Shown one piece after another: positions 5,806 to 13,436 of a stretch of 15,407 nucleotides of DNA. The position numbers and the translations under genes are program-made. The notes beneath the pieces are model-generated. The model ran no database searches, was not told the DNA's origin, and saw only the letters and a list, made by a program, of their open reading frames with translations. Source of the stretch: Acidobacteriota bacterium (GTDB lineage Bacteria; Acidobacteriota; Thermoanaerobaculia; Multivoradales; UBA5704); the NCBI GenBank assembly GCA_040005235.1, contig JBDTZG010000096.1, positions 1 to 15,407 of the forward strand, given 5' to 3'. Each line of letters starts with the position of its first letter. Within the stretch, counting starts at the first letter, position 1.

Positions 5806-8043
5806 ATGACCAAGACACTCTTCTCCAATCTTTTCGGCGACCCCCGGTCTCGCGCCGAAGCGGCCGAGAAAGAGGGGCGGAAGGCCGATGCCTTGAGGCT
5901 CTACGCCAAGAGCGGAGACCATCGCCAGGCCGCGAAGCTCGCAGTCGACCTGAGGAACGTCCCGGCGGCGGTTGAACATACCCTGCGCACCCTCTTTGGC
6001 CGCATTCCCGAAGCGTACGAAGCGCTGGACGCCGGCCAGGCGGCCGAGCTTTTGGCCAAGTCGGGCAAGTCCAAAGACGCCCTCACCTTGTTCGACCTGG
6101 CCGAGGATTGGCAGCAGGCGGCGGAGGTGGCGCTCAAGCTGCAACAGCCGAGCCGCGCGGCGTACTACTTCGAGCGTGGCAAGTCTTACGATCAGGCGGC
6201 GCTCTTTTACCAGCGGGCGGGACAGAACGCCGACGCCCTTCGGGTTTACGAGCTGGAGGCCGCGCGCCTGCGTGAAATTTTGCGCCGGGGTCCCGATCCG
6301 GCGGCCGAAGGGGTGCTCCGGAAGGTCGAGCGCCAGCGCTCCGATTTGCTTACCCGCACGGCCCGTCCGACCGGAGATCCCCCGCGCGAGGCCGCCCCGG
6401 CGCCCGCTCCGGCCTCGGGCCGGCAGCTCGAAAGCGACGGCGACGTCCGGGCGCAGATCGAAGCGTTCCTCGCCTCGGGCGACAAGGATCAGGCGCTCCG
6501 GCTGCTCGAAGGGCGGCGCGGTCTCGACCGAAAGTTCAAGGCCGAGGCGTTCCGGCGGATCGGCCGGCCGATCGAAGCGGCCCAGATGTACGTGAGCTTG
6601 GGGTCGATGCGCGAAGCCGCGGAGCTTTTTGAGCAAGGCCGAGACTGGTCCCGTGCGGCGACCGCCTGGGAGTCCGCCCGCGACTCCCTCCGGGCGGCCG
6701 AGGCATTCGAACGGGCGGAGCGTTTTTCCGACGCCGGCCGCTGCTACCTCGCCGCCGCGAAGCCTGAGGCCGCCGCGCGGCTCTATCTGCGCGGCGGCGA
6801 CCTTCTCGGCGCGGGCGCGGCGCTCGAACAGGCCGGCCGGCGGCTCGACGCGGCCAAGATCTATACCCAAGCAAACGATCCGTCGCGCGCCGCCCGGGTG
6901 CTGCGCGCGATCCAGCCCGACGAACCCGAATATCTCACCGCCACCCACCTGCTCGCGCCGATCCTGCTCAAGCAGCGGGCGTTCGACGAGGCGCTCGCTC
7001 GCCTCCAGACCCCGGCGGCGAGCGGTCCCTCGGGCCATTCGAGCGCCGAGACGTTCTATTGGCAGGGCCGGGTGCTCGAAGCGCTCGGCTCGCAGAGCGA
7101 AGCGCTTGCCCGCTACCGGCTGGCGGTCGCGCTCAAACCCGACTACGCGGAAGCGGCGCTCAAGGTGCGCACCTTGGCCGACAAGGTCCCTGTCCGGCCC
7201 GCTGCCTCTCTCCTGACCGGCGAGTGGCCGGTCGGCCACCGGCTGGCGAACCGCTACGAAATCCTCGGCACGCTCGGCAAAGGGGGAATGGGCTGCGTTT
7301 ACCGGGCGCGCGACACCGCCCTCGGCGAGGTGGTGGCGATCAAGACCGTCATGCGCGGCCAGGGCGAAAGCTCGAACGAGCACGAGGAGCGCCTGCTACG
7401 CGAGATCCAGATCTGCCGCAAAATCGACCACCCCAACGTCGTCCGGGTGTTCGACTTCGGCCGCTTCCCCGGCGGCTTGTTCCTGACCATGGAGCTGATC
7501 GAAGGCCAAGGGCTCGACGTGCTGATGCGCGACGTCGACCCGATGCCGCTCGAACAGGTCCGGAGGGTGCTCTCGGAAATCGCCGCCGGCTTGGGGCAGG
7601 CGCATGCGCTTCAAATCATCCACCGCGACCTGAAGCCGAGCAACGTGATCCTGAACGACAAGCGGCTCAAGATCCTCGATTTCGGCGTGGCGAAGATCGG
7701 CGACGACGTCCGCCTCACCCAAACCGGCTTCGCGGTCGGCTCGCCCCTCTACATGAGCCCGGAGCAGCTTCAGGGACTGGCGATCGACGGTCGCTCGGAC
7801 CTCTATGCGGTCGGCATCCTGGCGTTCGCCTTGATCGCCGGCTACGAGCCGTTCCACGGCGAGACCTTCACGACCATCGCCATGGGACACCTCCAGAGCC
7901 CGGTCCCCGATCTCCACCGCATCCGCCCCGACCTGCCTCGGCCGTGGATAGAGCTGGTCGAAAAGCTGCTCGAAAAAAGGGCCGAAGACCGGCCCAAAGA
8001 CGCCACCGCGGTGATCGAGCTACTGGCGACGATGCCGGTCTAG
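5806..8043 (+). CDS. Cytoplasmic Hanks-type Ser/Thr protein kinase with N-terminal TPR/SNAP-like helical repeats
   Basis: C-terminal kinase motifs LGKGGMGCVY, VAIK, REIQ, HPNVV, HRDLKPSN, DFG, GSPLYMSPEQ, SDLYAVG. N-terminal ~13-aa AAxxFExA repeats and TPR-like ETFYWQGRVLEALG…ALKPDYAEA. No TM segment seen. Confidence 0.92.
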   Translation: MTKTLFSNLFGDPRSRAEAAEKEGRKADALRLYAKSGDHRQAAKLAVDLRNVPAAVEHTLRTLFGRIPEAYEALDAGQAAELLAKSGKSKDALTLFDLAEDWQQAAEVALKLQQPSRAAYYFERGKSYDQAALFYQRAGQNADALRVYELEAARLREILRRGPDPAAEGVLRKVERQRSDLLTRTARPTGDPPREAAPAPAPASGRQLESDGDVRAQIEAFLASGDKDQALRLLEGRRGLDRKFKAEAFRRIGRPIEAAQMYVSLGSMREAAELFEQGRDWSRAATAWESARDSLRAAEAFERAERFSDAGRCYLAAAKPEAAARLYLRGGDLLGAGAALEQAGRRLDAAKIYTQANDPSRAARVLRAIQPDEPEYLTATHLLAPILLKQRAFDEALARLQTPAASGPSGHSSAETFYWQGRVLEALGSQSEALARYRLAVALKPDYAEAALKVRTLADKVPVRPAASLLTGEWPVGHRLANRYEILGTLGKGGMGCVYRARDTALGEVVAIKTVMRGQGESSNEHEERLLREIQICRKIDHPNVVRVFDFGRFPGGLFLTMELIEGQGLDVLMRDVDPMPLEQVRRVLSEIAAGLGQAHALQIIHRDLKPSNVILNDKRLKILDFGVAKIGDDVRLTQTGFAVGSPLYMSPEQLQGLAIDGRSDLYAVGILAFALIAGYEPFHGETFTTIAMGHLQSPVPDLHRIRPDLPRPWIELVEKLLEKRAEDRPKDATAVIELLATMPV

Positions 8044-8084
8044 AAGCGTCCGGACGGTTCCGAGCCTAGCCGTCAAGAACTGAT

Positions 8085-8105
8085 GGGGCGGGAGTCCCCC
8101 GCCCC
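8085..8105. terminator. Hairpin between convergent kinase and peptide genes
   Basis: GGGGCGGG-agtcc-CCCGCCCC, 15 nt after the peptide stop; followed on minus by ATCAGTTCTT. Confidence 0.65.
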
Positions 8106-8120
8106 GGAAGGCCAGGTCTC

Positions 8121-8273
8121 TTAGCGGGCGTTGTTGGTCTGGGTGTCGCAGGTCGCGTCGCAGATCGTTTCGTAATGGGTACCCGGGACGGCCTTGGCAC
8201 CCTCGGCGAGCGGCGCGACGAGCGAACGAAGGGTCTCGCGGTGGAGCGTCAGCGGGGCGATTCTCTTCTTCAT
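8121..8273 (-). CDS. Putative RiPP (lanthipeptide-like) precursor peptide, 50 aa
   Basis: MKKRIAPLTLHRETLRSLVAPLAEGAKAVPG-THYETICDATCDTQTNNAR. Strong RBS GGAGAAGG, own terminator, LxLxRETLxxL leader, Thr/Cys-rich C-terminus. Confidence 0.7.
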   Translation of the reverse strand: MKKRIAPLTLHRETLRSLVAPLAEGAKAVPGTHYETICDATCDTQTNNAR

Positions 8274-8680
8274 GATGAATCCTTCTCCGGAAAGCGGAGC
8301 CATTGCGGCCCCAGGGTTGAGGGAATGGCGCGGAGTGTAGCTCGATCCCGCACCGGCTTGGCGCGGGTCGTGACCCACCGGAAGTTTCTCTTTCCGGCAC
8401 ATCGTCGTATCATTACGACACCTTTTCCGCTGAGTCTCTTATTCACTCCAGTGTTACGGATCTAGGAACCAACAAGAGGCTCGTCGAGAAATGTCCGCCA
8501 CTGTGGCAAATCCCCGAACCGCCGAGCTGCCCAGCTTGGCACTACGCTTGGCGCCGCTTGTTCTCAGCCTTTTCACGGATCACCCTCCTGACTCCAAGCA
8601 AGCGGCAGAGTATCGAGTGCCTACAGACGACGCAACAGAACTCGGGCGGCTCGCCGACCCGTTGAGCGCCCTCTCCCCCA

Positions 8681-8696
8681 TGGCACCCAAAATGCA
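8681..8696 (+). promoter_or_regulatory. Sigma54 -24/-12 promoter candidate
   Basis: TGGCACCCAAAATGCA (consensus TGGCAC-N5-TTGCW, one mismatch), 30 nt upstream of the ATG at 8727, leaving room for the GGAGG RBS. Confidence 0.55.
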
Positions 8697-8726
8697 GCCC
8701 CCGCCTCCCCCGAAAGGGAGGGACCG

Positions 8727-9182
8727 ATGAACGACTTTTTCCGCAAAGCGGCGCGCAAGGCCTCGACGGTCCTGGGATCGCCTTGGGCCTTCCTCAGCGC
8801 GTTCGCGATCGTCGTGGTGTGGGCTGTCTTGGGGCCGGTGTTCAAATACTCGGAGACTTGGCAGCTGGTGATCAATACCGGGACGACCATCATCACGTTT
8901 CTCATGGTCTTTCTGATTCAAAACACCCAGAACCACGACTCGCGGGCTTTGCATTTGAAGATCGACGAGCTGCTGGTCGCGGTCCAGGACGCCCGCTCGG
9001 GGCTGGTGGATTTGGACGAGATGTCGGAAGAGGAGCTGGATAAATTAGAGAGCGCCTTCCGGAAGGTCGGGCGGGAAGGCGCCTCCGAGAAGGCGGCTCC
9101 CGCAAAAGAGCCGGCGCCCGCGAAAAAGGCGGCTTCCGCAAAGAAAGGCGCGGACTCCAAGGGGACCGCTAAGCGCCCCTAA
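8727..9182 (+). CDS. Low-affinity iron permease family (Fet4-like) small membrane protein with Ala/Lys/Pro-rich tail
   Basis: GSPWAF…WAVLGPVFKYSETWQLVINTGTTIITFLMVFLIQNTQNHDSRALHLKIDELL is the family signature. GGAGG RBS. Confidence 0.9.
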   Translation: MNDFFRKAARKASTVLGSPWAFLSAFAIVVVWAVLGPVFKYSETWQLVINTGTTIITFLMVFLIQNTQNHDSRALHLKIDELLVAVQDARSGLVDLDEMSEEELDKLESAFRKVGREGASEKAAPAKEPAPAKKAASAKKGADSKGTAKRP

Positions 9183-9535
9183 GCCGCCTTGTTCTGCTCC
9201 ACCCGGTGGAACGACTTCGCGAGCAGGTAGGCGGCGAAGGCGATGAAGACGAAGGTGATGACCGAGTTGACGAACAGGCCGAGGTTCATCGTTACGGCCC
9301 CGGCAGCTTTTGCCGCGGCGAGGGTGGCGTAGGGACCCGGAGCTGTCGTTCCTTCCTTGAGAGTCACAAACAGATTGGCGAAGTCGACCCCGCCGAGCAG
9401 CAGGCCGATCGGCGGCATGATCACGTCGTCGACAAGCGATTTGGCGATCGGACCGAAGGCGTTGGCGATCATTAGGCCGATCGCCAGATCGAGCACGTTG
9501 CCCCTCTGTAGAAACTCCCGGAAGCCTTTGAACAT
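9179..9535 (-). CDS. mscL: Large-conductance mechanosensitive channel (short, 118 aa)
   Basis: FKGFREFLQRGNVLDLAIG…SLVDDVIMPPIG…GGVDF…GLFVNSVITFVFIAF. GGAGAGGAG RBS. Confidence 0.93.
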   Translation of the reverse strand: MFKGFREFLQRGNVLDLAIGLMIANAFGPIAKSLVDDVIMPPIGLLLGGVDFANLFVTLKEGTTAPGPYATLAAAKAAGAVTMNLGLFVNSVITFVFIAFAAYLLAKSFHRVEQNKAA

Positions 9536-9561
9536 GATCGGTCTCCTCTCCCTCGCGAGGT

Positions 9562-10563
9562 TCAGGTCATTTCAGCCTGCATTTCGAGCACGATCTTGCC
9601 CAGCACTCCCCCGGCGGCGAGGACGGCGTACCCTTCCGCCACCTGGGCGAACGGCAGGACGCGATCGACCACCGGCCGCAGGCGGCCGTCGGCGAGGCGC
9701 GGCAGGGAAAACTCGGCGAAGCCCGCCACCAGTTGGGATTTCTCTTCTCGCGAGCGGGGACGCAGGGTGGAGCCGATCAGCCGCAGGCGGCGGGAGAGGA
9801 CGACGCTCAAATCGAGTTGGACGCGCGGCCCCGCGGTGACGCCCACCAAGACCAGGCGGCCCCTCCGGCGCAGCAGGTTCACCCGCTCGGCGAAGCGCGG
9901 TCCGGCGACGAAATCGACCACCAAGTCGGCGCCTTGGCCGCCCGACAGCTCGCGTACCGCGGCGGCAAGCTCGTCGTCGATCGAGACCGTGTCGATCCCC
10001 AGCTCCAAAGCGCGCAGCCGCGCCAGCCGTTCGGGATCGCGGCCGACCGCCACCACCCGGCCGCCCAGCTCGCGGGCGAGTTGCGCGGCGAAGCTTCCCA
10101 TGCCGCCGGTCGCCCCGGTCACCACCACCGTCTCGCCCGGATGGAGCTTGCCTTCGACCACCAGGTTGGTCCAGGCGGTGAGCGCCGCTTCGGGGATTGC
10201 CGCCGCTTCGAGCAGAGTTAGGTTTTCCGGCACCGGCATGAGCTGGCCGACCGGCACCGCGGCACGCTCGCCGTGCCCGCCTCCGGCGACCAGCGCCATC
10301 ACCCGATCGCCCACCCGCCAGGGACCTTCCGGGTCGACTCCGGGGCCCAAGGCGGCAATCATGCCGGCCAATTCGAGCCCCGGCACTTCGCTTTCGCCCG
10401 GCGGCGGCGGGTAGGTCCCGTGGAGCTGATGCAGGTCGGCGTGATTGAGGGCGGTGGCGGCGACCGCCACCAGCACTTCGCCCGCCGCCGGAACCGGATC
10501 GGCAAGCTCGACAAGGCGGGGCACACCATCGGAACCGGGAAGATACGGGGCGACCGCGAGCAT
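9562..10563 (-). CDS. NAD(P)H:quinone oxidoreductase, MDR/zeta-crystallin (PIG3-like) family
   Basis: LNHADL…GTYPPPPGESEVPGLELAG, VGDRVMALVAGGG, AAAIPE, TGATGGMG, LIGSTLRPR, GKIVL. Start MLAVAP at 10563 with GGAGGGAG RBS. Confidence 0.92.
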   Translation of the reverse strand: MLAVAPYLPGSDGVPRLVELADPVPAAGEVLVAVAATALNHADLHQLHGTYPPPPGESEVPGLELAGMIAALGPGVDPEGPWRVGDRVMALVAGGGHGERAAVPVGQLMPVPENLTLLEAAAIPEAALTAWTNLVVEGKLHPGETVVVTGATGGMGSFAAQLARELGGRVVAVGRDPERLARLRALELGIDTVSIDDELAAAVRELSGGQGADLVVDFVAGPRFAERVNLLRRRGRLVLVGVTAGPRVQLDLSVVLSRRLRLIGSTLRPRSREEKSQLVAGFAEFSLPRLADGRLRPVVDRVLPFAQVAEGYAVLAAGGVLGKIVLEMQAEMT

Positions 10564-10651
10564 GCTCCCTCCCGAGCGGACCTCAGAAACGAAATCGGGG
10601 CGACCGGAATGGCCGCCCCGATCATATGTCGGAATGCTGTGGTGGCTGGTC

Positions 10652-12580
10652 CTAACGCCCAACCGGTTGCGGCGTCCGGCGCGGCGCTTCGGCTGGAGTG
10701 GGTTGATTGGCCTTCTGGACGCGCTTCGCTTCGAGCGTTTTGAACACTCCAATGCCCCCCTCTTCGAGCCAGGCGTGACGGCCGTCGAGAATCGCGAGGG
10801 CGAGCTTGTACTTCCGCACGTCGTCGTTCGACCAGAGGTCGCGCAGCAGGCGGGTCACCTTGCGGCGGGCACCGCGACAGAACAGATCGGCCAGCTCGAC
10901 CGCGCTCTCGCCCTGGGGGAGGTTCGCTTCGCGCATCGCGTGCGCCCGGGCGATCGAGGCGGTCATGGCGAACATTTCGTTGGCGATGTCGACGATCCGG
11001 AAGAGGAACCCTTGCTTATGCTGGAGCTTGCCCTGGTGGACCATCATGCCGTGGAAGATCTGGCGCGACAGGCGGCGGGTGTTGCGCTCGATGAAGCGGA
11101 CGTGGGTCGCCAGCTCGCCGAATTCGCCGAAGCGCGGCCAGAGGCCCCAGCCGAGCCAGCGGGTCGGGTACCAGCCGGCGTAGAAGCCGGCGATCTTCGG
11201 CAGCTCGGCGAGCTTTTCCGCCGGCTTTTTGTCGGGATCGATCATCGCGCCCGCGACTTCGAGGTGCTTGTCCACCGCCTCGCGGGCCATGAACAGGTGC
11301 ATGATCTCGCTCGACCCTTCGAAGATCTTGTTGATCCGGTAGTCGCGCATCACGCGCTCGACGGGGATCGGCTCCTCGCCGCGATCGCTGAGCGACTGCT
11401 CGGTCTCGTAGCCCCGGCCGCCGCGGATCTGCATCGTCTCGTCGACGATCTCCCAGGTGCGGCAGGAGTTCCACTCCTTGCAGGCCGCCGCTTCGAGGCG
11501 GATGTCGTAGCCGCCCTGGTCGGTCATCTGGGTGGCGAGGGTGGCGATCGATTCCATCGCGAAGGTTACCGACGCCATGTCGGCGATCTTGTGCGAGATC
11601 GCCTCGTGCTTGCCGATCGGCTTGCCCCACTGGACGCGCTCGTTGCCCCACTTGCGGACGATTTCGAGGCACGCCTTCGCGGTGCCGACGGAGCCGTTCG
11701 GGATCGACAGACGGCCGTCGTTCAAGGTGGTGAGGGCGATCTTCAATCCCTTGCCCTCGGCGCCGATCAGGTTCTCGACGGGGACCTGGACGTCGGTAAA
11801 CGAGATCACCGCGTTGGCGAGAGCCCGGAGTCCCATGAAGTGGCAGCGGTGCTCGACTTTCACGCCCGGCCAATCGGCTTCGACGACGAAGGCGCTGATC
11901 TTCTTGGTTTTCGGATCGACCGCCATCACCACCAGGAGTTTGGCGATCGTGCCGTTCGTGCACCACAGCTTTTCGCCGTTCACCACGTAGTGCGAGCCGT
12001 CGGCGGATTTGACCGCCGTCGTTCCCACGCGGGCCGGGTCGGAGCCGACGTTCGGCTCGGTGAGCGCGAAAGCGGAGATTTCGCCCGCGGCGCAGCGCGG
12101 CAGGTATTTCTCTTTGAGCGCTTCGGTGCCGAAGGTCTTGAGCGGCTGCGGCACGCCGATCGACTGGTGGGCCGAGAGCAACGCCGAGAGGTTGCCGTCG
12201 ACGCTGCCGAACAGCTGCATCACCCGCTGATATTCGAGGTTCGAGAAGCCGAGGCCGCCGTATTTCTTCGGGATCTTCATGCCGAACGCGCCGAGCTTGC
12301 GGAGGCCATCGACCACGTGCTCCGGATATTCCCCCGTGGCGTCGATCTGGACCGAGTCGACCTCGGTGCGGATCAGCTCTTCGAGCGCACCGTAAAACGC
12401 CGCGAATTCCGGGCGCTCCGGCGCCGGCAGCGGATAAGGATGGACCAGGTCGAGGCGGAAGTTGCCGAGGAACATCTCTTTCATAAAGCTCGGCCGGTCC
12501 CACTGCTCGCGGGACGCCTCGGCGACCTTGCGGGATTCCTGCTCGCTGACGTGGGGGTGTTTGGGGTCCTGGGTCGACAT
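10652..12580 (-). CDS. Acyl-CoA dehydrogenase, long (ACAD9/VLCAD/FadE10-like), 642 aa
   Basis: LSAHQSIG, AFALTEPNVGSD, NGEKLWCTNG, TTLNDGR, RVQWGKPI, QIRGGRGY, RDYRINKIFEGSSEI (catalytic Glu). Start MSTQDP at 12580 with GGGAGA RBS. Confidence 0.95.
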   Translation of the reverse strand: MSTQDPKHPHVSEQESRKVAEASREQWDRPSFMKEMFLGNFRLDLVHPYPLPAPERPEFAAFYGALEELIRTEVDSVQIDATGEYPEHVVDGLRKLGAFGMKIPKKYGGLGFSNLEYQRVMQLFGSVDGNLSALLSAHQSIGVPQPLKTFGTEALKEKYLPRCAAGEISAFALTEPNVGSDPARVGTTAVKSADGSHYVVNGEKLWCTNGTIAKLLVVMAVDPKTKKISAFVVEADWPGVKVEHRCHFMGLRALANAVISFTDVQVPVENLIGAEGKGLKIALTTLNDGRLSIPNGSVGTAKACLEIVRKWGNERVQWGKPIGKHEAISHKIADMASVTFAMESIATLATQMTDQGGYDIRLEAAACKEWNSCRTWEIVDETMQIRGGRGYETEQSLSDRGEEPIPVERVMRDYRINKIFEGSSEIMHLFMAREAVDKHLEVAGAMIDPDKKPAEKLAELPKIAGFYAGWYPTRWLGWGLWPRFGEFGELATHVRFIERNTRRLSRQIFHGMMVHQGKLQHKQGFLFRIVDIANEMFAMTASIARAHAMREANLPQGESAVELADLFCRGARRKVTRLLRDLWSNDDVRKYKLALAILDGRHAWLEEGGIGVFKTLEAKRVQKANQPTPAEAPRRTPQPVGR

Positions 12581-12644
12581 GGCGTTCTCCCGTGGGGCGA
12601 CGAAACCGGGCGGCTCGGCGGCGGCAATGCCGCACTGCGACGTG

Positions 12645-12672
12645 AGTTTACCAGAGCGGCGACAGGGATCAA
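12645..12672 (-). promoter_or_regulatory. Sigma70-type promoter for acyl-CoA dehydrogenase
   Basis: TTGATC-16nt-TAAACT with TGn extension, 64 nt upstream of the ATG. Confidence 0.5.
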
Positions 12673-12771
12673 GAGGGGAATTGGGTCGAATCTTGCCGCA
12701 AAGCGGCAGAAAGGCGCCGCGGCGCGCCGCAAAGGGCACTCCCGACGGAGGATCGCCCCCGACCTCGCGGT

Positions 12772-13260
12772 CTACCCCTTCAACCATTCGAACATCTCAT
12801 AGTGCTCGCGGCTCATGCCGGCCCGCTCGTAGACCGCGGCTGCCGACCGGTTGCGGCGGTCGACGTAGAGGCGCAGGCCGCAGAGCTCCGGATCGGCCTC
12901 CACCCGCACCTTCTGGTGCGCGTACAGATCGGCGAAGACGCCGGTCCCGCGCGCCTCGGGAATCACGTAAACCGACTGAATCCAGAGCACCCAAGCAGCG
13001 CGCCAGTCGCTCCACTCGGGCGTGGTGAGCAGCATTCCAACGATCTGCCCGGCCTCTTCGGCTACCCAGTAGCCGCCGCGGAGCGGATCGTCGAACACCG
13101 CGCGGACTCCCCGGGAGATCCGCTCCGGTTCGAGTGCCAGCTCCTCGGTCTCCTCCGCCATGCGGAGCTGAAAATCGATCAAAGCATCGGCCTCCTCCGG
13201 CCGCGCCGGGCGCACCTGCCGGACGGATCGAACGGTTTCCGGTCCTTCATTTCCGCGCAT
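12772..13260 (-). CDS. GNAT family N-acetyltransferase
   Basis: VRPARPEE…MAEETE…GVRAVFDDP…TPEWSDWR…WIQSVYVIPEARGTGVF (acetyl-CoA motif A)…LRLYVDRRN…VYERAGM. Start uncertain (13260 or 13278). Confidence 0.9.
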   Translation of the reverse strand: MRGNEGPETVRSVRQVRPARPEEADALIDFQLRMAEETEELALEPERISRGVRAVFDDPLRGGYWVAEEAGQIVGMLLTTPEWSDWRAAWVLWIQSVYVIPEARGTGVFADLYAHQKVRVEADPELCGLRLYVDRRNRSAAAVYERAGMSREHYEMFEWLKG

Positions 13261-13385
13261 CGTGTCGTGTTGAATCATCGGAGAAGCCGCCTCCCTGGAA
13301 GTAAAAACCACCCGGTCCTCTGGTACAGAGACACCCAAAAGAGAAGCCGTGGAAGCTCAATGATAAGATTTGGACTGATTCTTTC

Positions 13386-13401
13386 AGGCAAGCTTCTTGC
13401 G
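13386..13401 (+). promoter_or_regulatory. Sigma54 -24/-12 promoter candidate
   Basis: AGGCAAGCTTCTTGCG (GG-N10-GC, intact TTGC), 35 nt upstream of ATG 13437, preceded by an AT-rich stretch. Confidence 0.5.
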
Positions 13402-13436
13402 TTTTCTACGCCGGTTCCCCATTTCGAAGGAGAGGA

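Noticed and set aside
7230-8043. Kinase as a class III/IV lanthipeptide synthetase (LanKC/LanL) for the adjacent peptide
   Set aside because: No N-terminal lyase or C-terminal LanC-like cyclase domain is evident. It is a canonical Hanks kinase at the C-terminus.
8538-8553. TGGCACTACGCTTGGC as a sigma54 promoter
   Set aside because: The -12 element reads TTGG rather than TTGC at the required spacing.
8491-8730. 79-aa ORF overlapping the permease start (ATGA)
   Set aside because: Poorly spaced RBS, atypical codon usage, no recognisable motif, and it contains the sigma54-like promoter of the next gene. Not fully excluded.
12648-12657. TTACCAGAGC identical to window bases 1-10
   Set aside because: A single 10-mer match is expected by chance in 15 kb and does not extend.
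10445-12802. 785-aa plus-strand ORF and other long antisense/alternate-frame ORFs (2750-4438, 2679-4247, 5743-7383, 11016-12635, 13275-14558, 13871-15313, 14682-15407)
   Set aside because: Shadow ORFs of well-supported genes. High GC suppresses stop codons and the translations show no motifs.
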